From contig OZ024741.1 in NCBI GenBank assembly GCA_964016885.1, positions 290,594,001 to 290,658,000 of the forward strand: DNA of 64,000 bases. Reading direction: 5' to 3'. The position numbers and the translations under genes are program-made. Below, one piece after another: positions 10,532 through 22,837 of this stretch. The notes beneath the pieces were generated by a model. It did no database searches, had not been told where the DNA came from, and worked only from the letters and a program-made list of their open reading frames with translations. The first letter of the stretch is position 1; every line of letters starts with the position of its first letter. This DNA is from Eledone cirrhosa (Eukaryota).

Positions 10532-13500
10532 GACTAGATTTTCCGACTGCGCCAACCTGGACTTGGGCAAATCGTAGCGGATCATCTAGGTCGTACCTAG
10601 ATAGGTTCTTAGTTAGAATTAAGGATAAGGACTTTTTAAGTTGTCCAAAAATGCGCATGGTTGGCTATTCAGACCACAAGTTAGTGACCTGCATAATCAA
10701 CCTTGACAGAACTCATAGACAGGGACCCGGTTACTGGAAGCTCAACATGTCCTTACCGGCAAGTAAGGCTTACAGGGACCGGATTAGCACTTTAGCTAAG
10801 GAGCGGTTGACGGGCGCCATCGTCAACAGCAGGTGGTGGGGATCTCTCAAAAGAAAGATTAGAGTAGTCTCTATAGAATTTAGTAAGGAGTTAGCCTCAA
10901 ATAGAAATAGGAAGGAAAGGGAGTGGGTAGATAGTGTAGAAGAGGCAATTAGAAGCGGCGACGTGGCCAGAGTGCTAGCGTCGAGAACGGCCCTGGGCCA
11001 GCTCTTCGACGCGAAACACGAAGGCTGCATCGTCCGAAGCAAAATACGTGCTCTGGGAAACGAGGGGACCAAAGCTGTTAGCTGGGCCCGCGTGACAGAA
11101 GCCAAAAGAGGGAGCAGATCCACTATCCGGTCTTTGCGAGACCAGGATGGACGGGTGATCCTTGAACCTAAGCAGATGTGCGAGGCTTTTCAAAAGCCCT
11201 TTGCCGGATTGTTCGGAAGGGGCGGGGGGCCGGTTGGGGATGTGGACTTCGGTCCATACCTCGACGGCCTGCCGCGTCTCTCGGACAGGGAGGCGAAGTC
11301 CTGCGAGGAGCCGATTTCAGCCGCTGAGATAGAGGACGTGCTGCGCCAATGCGGCAAACGCAAATCCCCGGGTCTCGATGGTCTTCCATACGAACTATAT
11401 CTAGCTATGCCGGACTTGTTCCCCGATCTCCTCGAGGCGGTCTACTGCAACTGGCAACAGAACGGGAGAATTCCCTGTGCTGTGACCAAGGGCGTAGTCA
11501 CGCTAGTGAGGAAGGACGAGAACAAGGGGGACGATATAAATAATTTCAGGCCCATAACTCTGCTAAATACAGAGATACAGATTTTGGCCAAGGTGCTAGC
11601 AAAGAGGTTGGCGCTTGTCGTGGGCAACCTGGTGGGAGATGCGCAGACATGTGCTATCCCGTCCAGGTCCATCCACGATAACCTCCACCTCATGCGATAC
11701 ATCATAGAGAGGGTTGGGAACGAACCCGGCTTTGGTGGGGCCCTGATCAACTTGGATCAATCTAAGGCATTCGATAGGGTCGACCATGGTTACCTGGATG
11801 CGGTGCTAGCGGCGGCAGGCTTCGGACCCGTTTTCAGGGGCCGGATCAATGCCATGCACAGCAGCCGCATCTGCTCTAGGGTCAAGGTGCACGGCTACCT
11901 TTCGAAGCCGTTCGAAATCACACGATCCATTCGACAGGGGTGCCCTCTCTCCTCCCTTCTGTACGTATTGACTCTCGAGCCTTTACTGAGGAAGTTGGAG
12001 TTGTTGCAGGGTATCCCCCTGGAACCAGGATTGAGCAAAGCGGTGTCGGCCTACGCCGATGATGTAACAGTAATGGTATCGACCGACTCGGAGATCGAGG
12101 CGATCGGTACCTTACTGGAGGATTACGAAAGGTTGTCAGGAGCGAAACTGAACCGGGAAAAATCCATCGGGCTGCAACTCGGAACGTGGAGAGGCAGACC
12201 GATGCCTCCTGACGGTGTCGTCGGACACTAGACGGAGGGCCCGGTAAAGTTGCTTGGGGTCTGGTTTGGACCGGACCTCCAGGTGGAAAAGAACTGGAAC
12301 GAGGTTACGAACAAGGTGTTTGCACTAACCCAGAAATGGGCCAAGTGTAAGCTGTCCCTAAAAGGCCGGGCGGAGGTGGCGAACATTTACATAGCGTCCG
12401 TCACTTAACTACCGCCTGACTGTCGTGCCTTGCCCTAAGGAAACACTCACCACCATGGAACGCATGCTCTTCCAATTTCTTTGGAAGAAGCGCCCTCCTA
12501 TGGTGAGAAGATCCATCTGCTGCCAACAACCTTCGAAAGGAGGGCTGGGGATGCCGTGGTTGATGATGCGTAGGCACGCATTAAGGCTACGGCACCTACA
12601 GGTATTCCTCACTGGTCAACCGGTGTGGGCTCCGTTCGTGAAACGAGCCTTTCCGAGACTCGTCTCGCTCACTGAGCTACAGTCCTGGGTCAAGCAAAGA
12701 TCCGGAAAACTGGGAGACTGGCACACTGAGTGTGCTCAGGCGCTCAGGGCTCTCTGGCAAGCGGGCCAGGCCATCGGTGGAGAATCCACCTCATCATTCT
12801 ATAGAGGGCTGGTGGCTAGCAGGGGCTATGACACCCCTGGAGAGTCACTGGACATGGAAGAAGACGAACTGGCCAGCCTGTTCGGTAGGACTTTCGGCCC
12901 AGGACCAATGGACAACTTCCAGAAGTCACTGGCCTGGCAGTGCTACCGGGGGGCTCTACCCGTTCGAGAGAGGCTCTACAGACACGGGCGCCCGGGCAGG
13001 GATCCCTCAAAAAAGATTTGCCCTAGATGCGTGCGTCACGAAGAAACCGTTGCGCACGCATTGGTGCAATGTCAGGGCGTGGCTGATCTGTGGGGCTACG
13101 CCGAACGACTGCTGTCGCGGGTGGCGCCGATTCAATTGACCGCCGAGTCCGTGATGACAATCAAACCGCCTCCCCTCTTCACAAAGGAAGCAAAGGCGGT
13201 TTTTCTGTGCATAATAGCCATGTTGAAAGAGGTTGTTTGGTGGACACGATTGAAAGGTCTGAGGTCAGGCAACTTCCTCTCTGGCCATAGTCTGGTCTAC
13301 TTCTTCCGATATCACTTCGGAAGAAGGATAAGAATGGAGAGAGAGGTGCTTGGCCACAGGCAGTTTTATGAAAGGTGGGTGATAGTCGCGAGAATGGCTC
13401 GTGTAAATGGGCCTTCTCTGTATACCATCCTGTAGGTAAAGAAGTAAAGGAGAGGGGAGCACCTTCTCCATGTGCTCCCTGGGCAAAGGATTGCACACTT

Positions 13501-13650
13501 TTTCGGGGGTGTGTGCAACCCCCATCACGTCCCCTCCCTTTTGAGGTTATTTTCGATTATTTTCCTGTTACACCCTTTTTACTCGATTGTATGTAAACTC
13601 CCCCTTTGTATTTGTCCCTTCTTTTTATGCCTTTATGGTAAATAAAGAAA
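10528..13650 (+). mobile_element. Tx1 family A copy A3 (end of APE, RT, CCHC; one premature stop at 12229 and a frameshift near 12408)
   Basis: WTW..SYLDRF, SDH, GYWKLN, KSPGLDG, NFRPITLLN, LDQSKAFDRVDH, RQGCPLS, AYADD, LLGVWF and GGLG are typical L1/Tx1 ORF2 motifs. TATC repeats lie on both sides. Confidence 0.92.
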
Positions 13651-13682
13651 TCTATCTATCTATCTATCTATCTGTCTGTCTG

Positions 13683-13932
13683 TATCAGCCTGTAGATTGA
13701 GGAAAAGGAGGAGGAGAGGAAAGGAGTACAAGCTCTTCGTACTCCTGAAGATGAGGGTTGCACATTTTTTTCGGGGGTATGTGTTACCCATATAAACTGT
13801 CTCCCTCTATTGGGGAAAATCGACTAACTTTTAAATTCCATCTGTGATAACATTTTACACGTTTTTATTGTATGTAAACTTCCCCCTTTGTATTTGTCCC
13901 CTTCTTTTGTGCCCCTGTGGCTAATAAAGAAA
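13683..13932 (+). mobile_element. Tx1 family A copy A4 (3' UTR only)
   Basis: Nearly identical to the 3' UTRs at 15523-15763 and 22501-22750. Confidence 0.85.
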
Positions 13933-14024
13933 TATATCTATCTGTCTGTCTGTATGTCTGTCTGTCTGTTTGTTTGTCTATCTGTCTGAATATCTGCTTG
14001 TCTGACTATCTTTTTCTCTCTCAC

Positions 14025-14098
<74 letters not shown>

Positions 14099-14187
14099 TC
14101 TCTCTCCCTCTCTCTCTCTCCCTCTCTCCCTGTATATATATATGTGTGTGTGTGTGTTTGTCTATCTGTTTGACTGACTATCTTTCT

Positions 14188-15763
14188 ACCTCGCTAATCG
14201 GGGAGGTCGGCACCTTACTGAAGGATACGAAAGGTTCACAGGAGCGAAGCTGAACCGGGAGAAATCCGTCGGTTTAAAACTCGGAACGTGGAGAGGCAAA
14301 CCGATGCCTTCCGATGGCGTCGTCGGACGCTGGACGGAAGGACCGGTAAAGCTGCTCGGGGTCTGGTTTGGTCCGGACCTCCAGGTGGTGAAGAACTGGA
14401 ACGAGGCGACGGCCACGGTGTTTGCGCTCACCTAGAAGTGGGCCGAGTGCAAACTATCCTTGAAAGGTCGAGCGGAGGTGGCGAACACTTTTATAGCGTC
14501 CGTCATCTAGTACCGCTTGACCGTCGTGCCTTGTCCAGCCAAAACGCTCACCAAAATGGAGCGCGCGCTCTTCCAATTCCTTTGGAAGAAACGGGCTCCT
14601 TTGGTGAGAAGATCCATCTGCTGCCAACACCCTTCTAACGGAGGGCTGGGGATGCCGTGGTTGACGATGCGCAAACACGCGCTCAGGCTGCGGCACCTTC
14701 ACGTATTCCTCACCGGACAACCGGTGTGGGCCCCGTTTGTGAGGCGAGCCTTCCCACGACTCGTCTCGCTGACCGAGCTGCAGTCCTGGGTCAAGCAATA
14801 CCGAGGAAAATGGGCGACTGGCACATCGAATGTGCTTAGGCGCTCACAGTCTTCTTGCAAACGGACCCGACGATCAGTGGAGACTCCACTTTGTCATTCT
14901 ATAGAGGGTTGGTCCGCAGCAGGTGCGACGATGCGCTCGGAGAAATTCTGGGCGTAGAGGAAGACGAACTGGCCAGTCTGTTCGGTAGGACCTTCCGCCC
15001 GGGACCGATGGACAACTTCCAAAATGACCTGGCCTGGCAGTGTTACCGAGGAGCTCTACCAGTTCGAGACAAGCTCTACAGACATGGGCGCCCGGGCAGG
15101 GACCCTGCAAAAGAGATCTGTCCGAGATGCGTGCGAGACGAGGAAACCGTCGCGCACGCATTCATACACTGCCCGGGCGTCACCGACCTGTGGGGCTATG
15201 TAGAACGACTATTGTCGCGGGTGGGACCAATCCGGTTGACCACCGAGTCCATTGTCATGATCAAAACGCCACCCTCCTTCAAAAACGAAGGAGAGGCGGT
15301 TTTTCTTTGTGTGATAGCTATGGCGAAAGAGGTTGTATGGTGGCAAAGGTTGAAAGGGCTGAGGTCAGACACCTATCTCTCCGGCCAACAACTGATTCTT
15401 TTTTTCAAATACCACTTTGGAAAAAGAATCAGGATGGAGAGAGAGGTGCTGTACCCCAGCAAGTTTTATGAAAGGTGAGTGAAAGTGGCGAGAATGGCCC
15501 GAGTGAATGGGCCTTCTCTCTATATCAGCTTGTAGGTTGAGGAAAAGGAAGGAGGAGAGGAAAGGAGTACAAACTCCTGGAGATGAGGGTTGCACATTTT
15601 TTCGTGGGTATGTGTTACCCATATGAACTGTCTCCCCCTATTGGGGAAAATCGACTAATTTTTAAATTGCATTTGTGATAATATTTTACACGTTTTTATT
15701 GTATGTAAACTTCCCCCTTTGTATTTGTCCCCTTATTTTATGCCCCTGTGGCTAATAAAGAAA
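14188..15763 (+). mobile_element. Tx1 family A copy A5 (RT end to 3' UTR, decayed)
   Basis: Colinear with 12090-13650 and 25590-27139. Followed by (TATC)n at 15764-15840. Confidence 0.9.
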
Positions 15764-15765
15764 CA

Positions 15766-15840
<75 letters not shown>

Positions 15841-16945
15841 ACATTCTATTATATAAAACAGATGACAAACAAGCAGATACTTTCCATGGTTCTCGAAGTT
15901 TCCCGAATCAAGCTGATGTTACCGATGCACCTTTCGTCAGCGAATGGAAAGTGTATCAACGGCGCTGATAATTCAGTGAATTATCTCCTGAAAAAAAATC
16001 ATTCTTTGGACTTCTTAATCATAATTATGACGACCGATCTGTGCGCAAGAACTCTGAAATCTCCCTGTGTGCTGTTAGGGCGTGCAATACGTCTACTGTG
16101 AGTGAAGTATCCCAAGCTGTTATTAGGTATTCTTCTAAGAAGAGAAACTCCGAAGTGAAACCTGTGGTTTACGTGATTACTGATCATCTTTCTTATGCTT
16201 ATATCATAGGATACACCGAGGGATAGAGACTGGCATTCATTCATGTTGCACAAGCGTTTGTTACTATAATCCGTACACTACAGATGTCTCTTTTGCAATC
16301 TTCTCATCTACCATATTAAATCTACAGCTGATACAGGTCAGAGCTTTGAATTTTTGGCACAATATACACATTGAGCCTATTGCTGCAGTTACTGGTGTGT
16401 TACGCGAATTTATGTTAATGAAATATCGCCATTCTCGTAGTCTCGTCACCTCGGGATATGTAGTATAGGAAAGCGCAGTTACAGTTCTCCAGTCACATGT
16501 GCTGATGTATCTTATGTTGGAATGTTACAGGAGCCGTTTGTTGCTGGATTGAAAAAGCACCTCCTTGCATATGTGAGGGTGTAGACGTGCAGGAATGATG
16601 TAGATGATGTTGAGACGGCTATCATCTGACAAGATGAAGCAATCATTAAGTATGTGTATGCATATATGTATGTATGCGTGTATGTATTTATGAAGATATT
16701 TATGTATGCATATTTATGTATGTATGTATATATGTATGTATATGTGTCAAGCGTGTGTGCACAAATACCGATATCAGAAGCTTGAACAAATAAGGAGCCA
16801 TTGAAGCATCATCATATAGTCTACATCAATTAGAGGCAAACATAGTTCAGTATGACATAGAAATTCCTTCATAATTAGAGTAGCTTCATAATAGAAGTAA
16901 TTAGCTGTAAAGTAAACGGATAAAATGTTTAAATACACACTGTCA

Positions 16946-16984
<39 letters not shown>

Positions 16985-17403
16985 CATATATATACAAGCA
17001 CAAACATACATATATGTATGTATGTATTTAGTAAGTTGATGATATTAAGCTCCGATGTTATCATTTGCGAAACACGTGTCAAGCGTGATTGTGAAAAAAT
17101 ATATCAAATCTTTTTGCTCCATTGATATATGAGAATCCAGTTTCTAGTAGGCTACTAGGGCGTTTTCAACACCATCGTATATTGGTTTCGAGAAGCACTG
17201 TGATACACATTTGTAGTTGATTCTAGTTTGTGGTCTGACTGAGATGTGTCGTTTAAATATGCTTTTAAACGTATTCATTGAAGAGGCTATAAAACAAATG
17301 ATTCCTACAAGATATTTTTTAAAAATCTGTATACGGGCATCAGTTTATTCTCAGCGGCTAACTATGATCGTATTGTTATTGTTAGATCGTATTATTATCA
17401 CTA

Positions 17404-17591
17404 AGGGTGGTGGATTGGCAGTATCAGTAGAGAGTCGGACACCATGCTTTGTAGCATAGAGTTACGGTCCTTTATGGTCTGAGTTCAAATCCCGCTGAGG
17501 TTAACTTTGCCTTTCATCCTTACGGTGTCGATAACATAAAGTACCAGTAATGCACTGGGTATTTGCTGGCCTTGTGCCAAAAGTAGAAACA
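17404..17591 (+). mobile_element. tRNA-derived SINE, full length, 13-bp TSD ATTATTATCACTA
   Basis: A-box-like TGGCAGTATCAGTAGA, B-box GAGTTCAAATCC, body GCCTTTCATCCTTACGGTGTCGATAA..AGTACCAG. TSD at 17391-17403 and 17592-17604. Six related copies occur in the window. Confidence 0.88.
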
Positions 17592-17607
17592 ATTATTATC
17601 ACTAGGG

Positions 17608-17743
17608 CAGAGTTATGCCCCATTACGATCTGAGTTCAAATCACGCCTAGTTTAATTTTGCCTTTCATCCTTACGGGGTCGATAAAATAAAGTACCATTA
17701 AGACACTGGGATAATTGCTGGTCTTGTGCCCAAAATAGAAACA
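17608..17743 (+). mobile_element. Same SINE family, 5'-truncated tandem copy
   Basis: B box and body match the adjacent copy. Ends AGAAACAATTATT. Confidence 0.85.
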
Positions 17744-17752
17744 ATTATTGTT

Positions 17753-17965
17753 ACTTGATCGATCAAAAGCTTTCGATAGGGTCGACCATCGCTACCTTGT
17801 GGCCTTCCTCAAAGTCTCCGGCTTTGGAGCCTATTTCAATGGCTGGATCACTGCAATGCACAGCAACATCTTCTCTGTGGTTAGACTGCACGATCTCCTT
17901 TCGGAACCATTCAACATCATGCGTAGGGTACGCCAAGGGTGTCCCCTCTCGTTCCATTTGTATAA
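17753..17965 (+). pseudogene. Isolated Tx1-type RT fragment
   Basis: LDRSKAFDRVDHRYL..GFG..WITAMHS..VRQGCPLS, homologous to the family A/B RT. Confidence 0.85.
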
Positions 17966-18102
17966 TGAGAGAGGCTATTAATTATCTGGAACCCACCCTC
18001 TATTCAACAGCTTCCGTGGTGCATAAATCACAACCACCAGCTATATATATATATATATATAAAATATATTTTTCTTCCTAATAATCGTCTTTTTCTCCCC
18101 AT

Positions 18103-18133
<31 letters not shown>

Positions 18134-18174
18134 CGATATTAAATAAATGGAAACTATATTTATAAAACCATATT

Positions 18175-18240
18175 TATTTCATTATATATATTTCAGGGAT
18201 ATCATATTAACAATATGTTATGCCTTCTTCAGACAAAATA
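18175..18240 (-). ncRNA. Mirror copy of the hammerhead motif in the left arm of the inverted repeat
   Basis: Exact reverse complement of 18355-18420. Confidence 0.72.
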
Positions 18241-18354
18241 CAATATAGACAGTTTTATAGATAAATAGATTTGACTGCCAAATCAACTTTTTCAAATACA
18301 AGTCGATGTTGAACGGTATGTCAAATCTATTTATCTATAAAACTGTCTATATTG

Positions 18355-18420
18355 TATTTTGTCTGAAGAAGGCATAACATATTGTTAATATGATATCCCT
18401 GAAATATATATAATGAAATA
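18355..18420 (+). ncRNA. Minimal type I hammerhead ribozyme motif (Penelope-type)
   Basis: TATTTTGT-CTGAAGA-[AGG..CATATT gtt AATATG..CCT]-GAAA-TATATA-TA-ATGAAATA: stem I 8 bp with 2 G-U pairs, intact core, palindromic stem III. Confidence 0.75.
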
Positions 18421-18547
18421 AATATGGTTTTATAAATATAGTTTCCATTTATTTAATATCGTAAATATACTCCAAATACTTGTTGAGTGCTTTTATATCA
18501 GTTATAAATATTTACTAGTTGTAACCCAACAATTTAAATATAACTTT

Positions 18548-18601
<54 letters not shown>

Positions 18602-19002
18602 ATGGGGAGAAAAAGACGATTATTAGGAAGAAAAATATATTTTTTCCTTTTATTTTTTTCTCTTTTTTCTGGGTTAGAAAATGTTTGAAACAAAATAATT
18701 TAGTTTGTGTGAAGTGTTAAGGTATTAGTTAATTTATTTATTAATTAACAATGGCATTTATTTATTTATTTATATATTTAATAATTGTCTGTTAACGGTA
18801 TCAGCATTTTATGCATTATCAAAGGGGGGAATTTGTATTGGTATAACATGTAGGACATAATGTGATGTTGAACATGTTAAGGAAATGGAAAAGAAAGAAT
18901 AATATTATTTACAGGTATAGTTCTTGAGGATAAGCAGTTCAAAAACTGTTATTATGGCAAGAGCGCTTGGTTGGTCCATGACGGAGGCAAATGGTAGTCT
19001 GG

Positions 19003-19078
<76 letters not shown>

Positions 19079-19211
19079 AGTGTAATTTTCTACACAAAAC
19101 GAAAGTTATAGAGAAAATTGAGGTTGGTGGCACATGGAATATATAAGAGACAGAATACTTTTTTGTGAAAAAACATAATTTTATAAGGTAAGGAAATAAT
19201 AAAGGGTATAA

Positions 19212-19259
19212 AAAATGACCGGTTTCGATGGGTCTGCAAAAGCCATCTTTTCAAATGTT
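19212..19259 (-). ncRNA. Degenerate hammerhead-like motif
   Basis: The minus strand reads TTGAAAA-GATGG..CCATC-GAAA-CCGG-TC. Stems II/III and the GUC triplet are canonical, but the CUGANGA box is mutated. Confidence 0.4.
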
Positions 19260-19374
19260 GATTAATATTAAGAAAAATTAATAATACGAAGAGTTAAAAT
19301 TTGAGACTTGAAAATTCAAGTATAAAATTCATTGTGGGATTTCATAGCAGTTTTCATCTAGGTATATATATATA

Positions 19375-19757
19375 ATGAGGCAAGGATGCTCTGTTGGATG
19401 TGCAATGTCAACGTGCGTGAACGGCCGAGCATGGATGTTTTGAGAGAGAAATTGTGTCTGAGAGGGATAAATTGTTGTGTGCCGGAGAGGAGACTGCGAT
19501 GGTATGTACATGTAATGCGCATGGAGGATGACTGATGGGTGAAGAAGTGCCAAGAAATGCCAGTTGAAGTAAGACGTAGTAGAGGAAGACCACGAAAAAC
19601 ATGGGCGGAGGTGGTGAGAGCAGACCTCAGATCGCTGAACCTCACGGTGGAGATGATAAAGGACCGTGACAAGTGGAGAGGTGCTGTACTGAATAGGACC
19701 CGTCCCACCCTTGAAAGCAGGGAAAAACGGACGAGGTAAAATGATGATGATGATGAT
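19375..19757 (+). mobile_element. RTE-type LINE 3' fragment with (ATG)n tail
   Basis: EARMLCWMCNV..RRLRWYVHVMRM..RSRGRPRKTW..DRDKWR followed by ATGATGATGATG. Confidence 0.85.
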
Positions 19758-20241
19758 ACGTATAGGAAAAGAGTCACACCCCGGGGGGCGGGTCTTGACT
19801 CTTTTCCTATTACTCACTCTACTACCCTAAGTATCGAGTACTCTGTTGCGTTATGGTCCACCTGGTATCTTACCATACCTTCTTTGTTTATATATATACG
19901 TATATATATATATATATATATATATATACGTAGTATCATCAGACAATCTCCGATTTCTCTGAGGTTTACCCCCACGGATCATCCTTGATAATGGCTCTTA
20001 AATCCAAAATATTTGGACTAAAAAATACTAAAATAATAATGAGTCATTCTTGTCTTTTTATTTTCCTCTTTCTCCCACTTTGATTTGTGCCTCACCCCTC
20101 TCGATTCTTTTCCGATTGTTGCCTTCGTATTTCAGGCCCACCTGCAATATACGACTTCCTAAACATAGCCACTTTTCTTTTTCATATTCCACAATGCTTC
20201 AAGCAAACTACAATACGTTCTTACACACACACATATATATG

Positions 20242-20310
<69 letters not shown>

Positions 20311-20430
20311 TTATATATATATATATAGATATATCCACCCCCCTCATTCTCAAAAGTAAAACTAATACTAATATCATTTGTACTGCCTCTTCGTTTTTCT
20401 GTTTTTTGTTCTCTGTTTATTTATTAAACT

Positions 20431-20502
<72 letters not shown>

Positions 20503-20528
20503 ATATATATATGTATATTTATATATAT

Positions 20529-20565
<37 letters not shown>

Positions 20566-20904
20566 GGCATATATATATATATGTATGTGTGCGCGTGCCC
20601 CCGCTTGTATGTGTGTCCATGCGTGGGTGTGTGTGTGTGTATGTCTGTGTGCGCCTATGAGCGTATATGTACAGATGTACATATATTTCAACACCTTTTT
20701 ATGAACAATTATAAATAATTCGTCAATAGATTAATTTCCTGCTTTCATTTACGATTATCTCTCTATACATATCTTGTTACCATTTGACTGTATGGGCGAG
20801 TTAGAAACACGAGCCCATACCGAAGATTTTCTCAGTCGTGTCTAACTAAAAGCTTCCTTGCATAAATAAAAAGTAAAATTGAAGCATAGTGTCCAACAGA
20901 TACT

Positions 20905-21154
<250 letters not shown>

Positions 21155-21352
21155 GTCTCGGGCGTGTGTGTGTGTATGTGTGTGTGTGTGTACATGTGCA
21201 TGAGAGTGTGTGTATATGTGTGTGTGTGCATATGTGTATCCATACACACATTCTGTTGTCCTTTGAGGTTTTGAAGTTTCAGAGTTTAGACACCCACTAA
21301 CTACCTAGAATTCCAAGGGTTATTTTTATCTTTGATGCAAACTACGTATCCA

Positions 21353-21354
<2 letters not shown>

Positions 21355-21413
<59 letters not shown>

Positions 21414-21539
21414 GTCTGCCTATCTAGCCATAGATCCATTTATGTATCTATCCGTCTCTCTATCTATCTCTCTGTATATGTATCTATCTTAACTCTCTCT
21501 TTATCTATCTGTCTATATATCTGTCTGTCTGTATGTTTG

Positions 21540-21598
<59 letters not shown>

Positions 21599-21600
21599 CT
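21355..21600. repeat. (TATC)n microsatellite (pure and degenerate), left end of Tx1-A array 2
   Basis: Direct observation. Confidence 0.9.
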
Positions 21601-21865
21601 CTACATCAGCCTGTCGGTGGAAAAGATGAAGGAACGAGGGAGCACTCTCTCTCTCTCTGTGCTCCTGAGGAGAAGGGTTGCACACTTTTTTCGGGTGTGT
21701 GTGCGACCTCCCAAAACGCCTGCTCCCTATTGAGGACTTTATTGTTAATTTTATATTTGTTATTTGTTTTATATTTGTTATTTGTTTTCTTTACTCGCCT
21801 TTTTGTGTACCCCCCCCCCCTTGTATTTGTCCCCTTCTTTTGCGCCCTCGTAGCAATAAATAGAA

Positions 21866-21866
<1 letters not shown>
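21599..21866 (+). mobile_element. Tx1 family A copy A6 (3' UTR only, A1-like)
   Basis: Matches 9485-9763. TATC repeats on both sides. Confidence 0.85.
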
Positions 21867-21925
<59 letters not shown>

Positions 21926-21932
21926 GTCAATC

Positions 21933-22750
21933 AGAGGAAGACGAACTGGCCAGTCTGTTCGGTAGGACTTTCCGCCGGGGACCGATGGACAATTTCCAAA
22001 AGTCCCTAGCCTGGCAGTGCTACCGAGGAGCTCTACCAGTTCGAGACAAGCTCTACAGGCATGAGCGCCCGAGCAGGGACCCTGCAAAAAAGATCTGTCC
22101 GTGGTGCGTGCGTAACGAAGAAACCGTCGCGCACGCAGTCATACACTGCCTGGGCGTCACTGACCTGTGGGGCTATGTAGAACGACTATTGTCGCGGGTG
22201 GGACCAATCCGGTTGACCACCGAGTCCATTGTCATGATGAACCGCCACACTCCTTCAAAAACGAAGGAGAGGCGGTTTTCCTTTGTGTGATAGCTATGGC
22301 GAAAGAGGTTGTATGGTAGACAAGGTTGAAAGGGCTGAGGTCAGACACCTTTCTCTCCGGCCAACAACTGATTCTTTTTTTCAAATATCACTTTGGAAGA
22401 AGAATCAGGATGGAGAGAGAGAGGTGCTGTACCCAAGCAAGTTTTATGAAAGGTGGGTGAAAGTGGCGAGAATGGCCCGAGTGAATGGGCCTTCTCTCTA
22501 TATCAGCCTGTAGGTTGAGGAAAAGGAGGAGGAGAGGAAAGGAGTACAAACTCTTCGTACTCCTGGAGATGAGGGTTGCACATTTTTTCGGGTGTATGTG
22601 TTACCCATATGAACTGTTTCCCCCTATTGGGGAAAAAAGACTAATTTTTTAAATTGCATTTGTGATAACATTTTACTCGTTTTTATTGTATGTAAACTTC
22701 CCCCTTTGTATTTGTCCCCTTCTTTTGTGCCACTGTGGCTAATAAAGAAA
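21933..22750 (+). mobile_element. Tx1 family A copy A7 (ORF2 C-terminus plus 3' UTR)
   Basis: EEDELASLFGRTF..CPWC..HAVIHC; ends AATAAAGAAA into (TATC)n. Confidence 0.88.
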
Positions 22751-22752
22751 CA

Positions 22753-22801
<49 letters not shown>

Positions 22802-22837
22802 CTCTATCTCTCTATCTATCTATCTATCTATCTATCT

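Larger units (their letters stand above)
18132..18463. repeat. Perfect inverted repeat, 144-bp arms (18132-18275 / 18320-18463), 44-bp spacer; outer inverted pair at about 18061-18110 / 18595-18642
   Basis: Arms are reverse complements by direct reading. Confidence 0.93.

Noticed and set aside
8719-15840. CRISPR-like or simple tandem-duplication reading of the repeat-spacer pattern
   Set aside because: The spacers are homologous LINE 3' ends of variable length and divergence, the repeats are variable-length microsatellites, and the context is eukaryotic.
15841-16640. Possible host exon(s) in complex unique-looking sequence
   Set aside because: Short ORFs with no recognisable motif and stops in the frames examined; cannot be supported without a search.
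17404-17500. tRNA gene
   Set aside because: Only A/B-box-like motifs with no cloverleaf; it continues into a shared SINE body with TSD.
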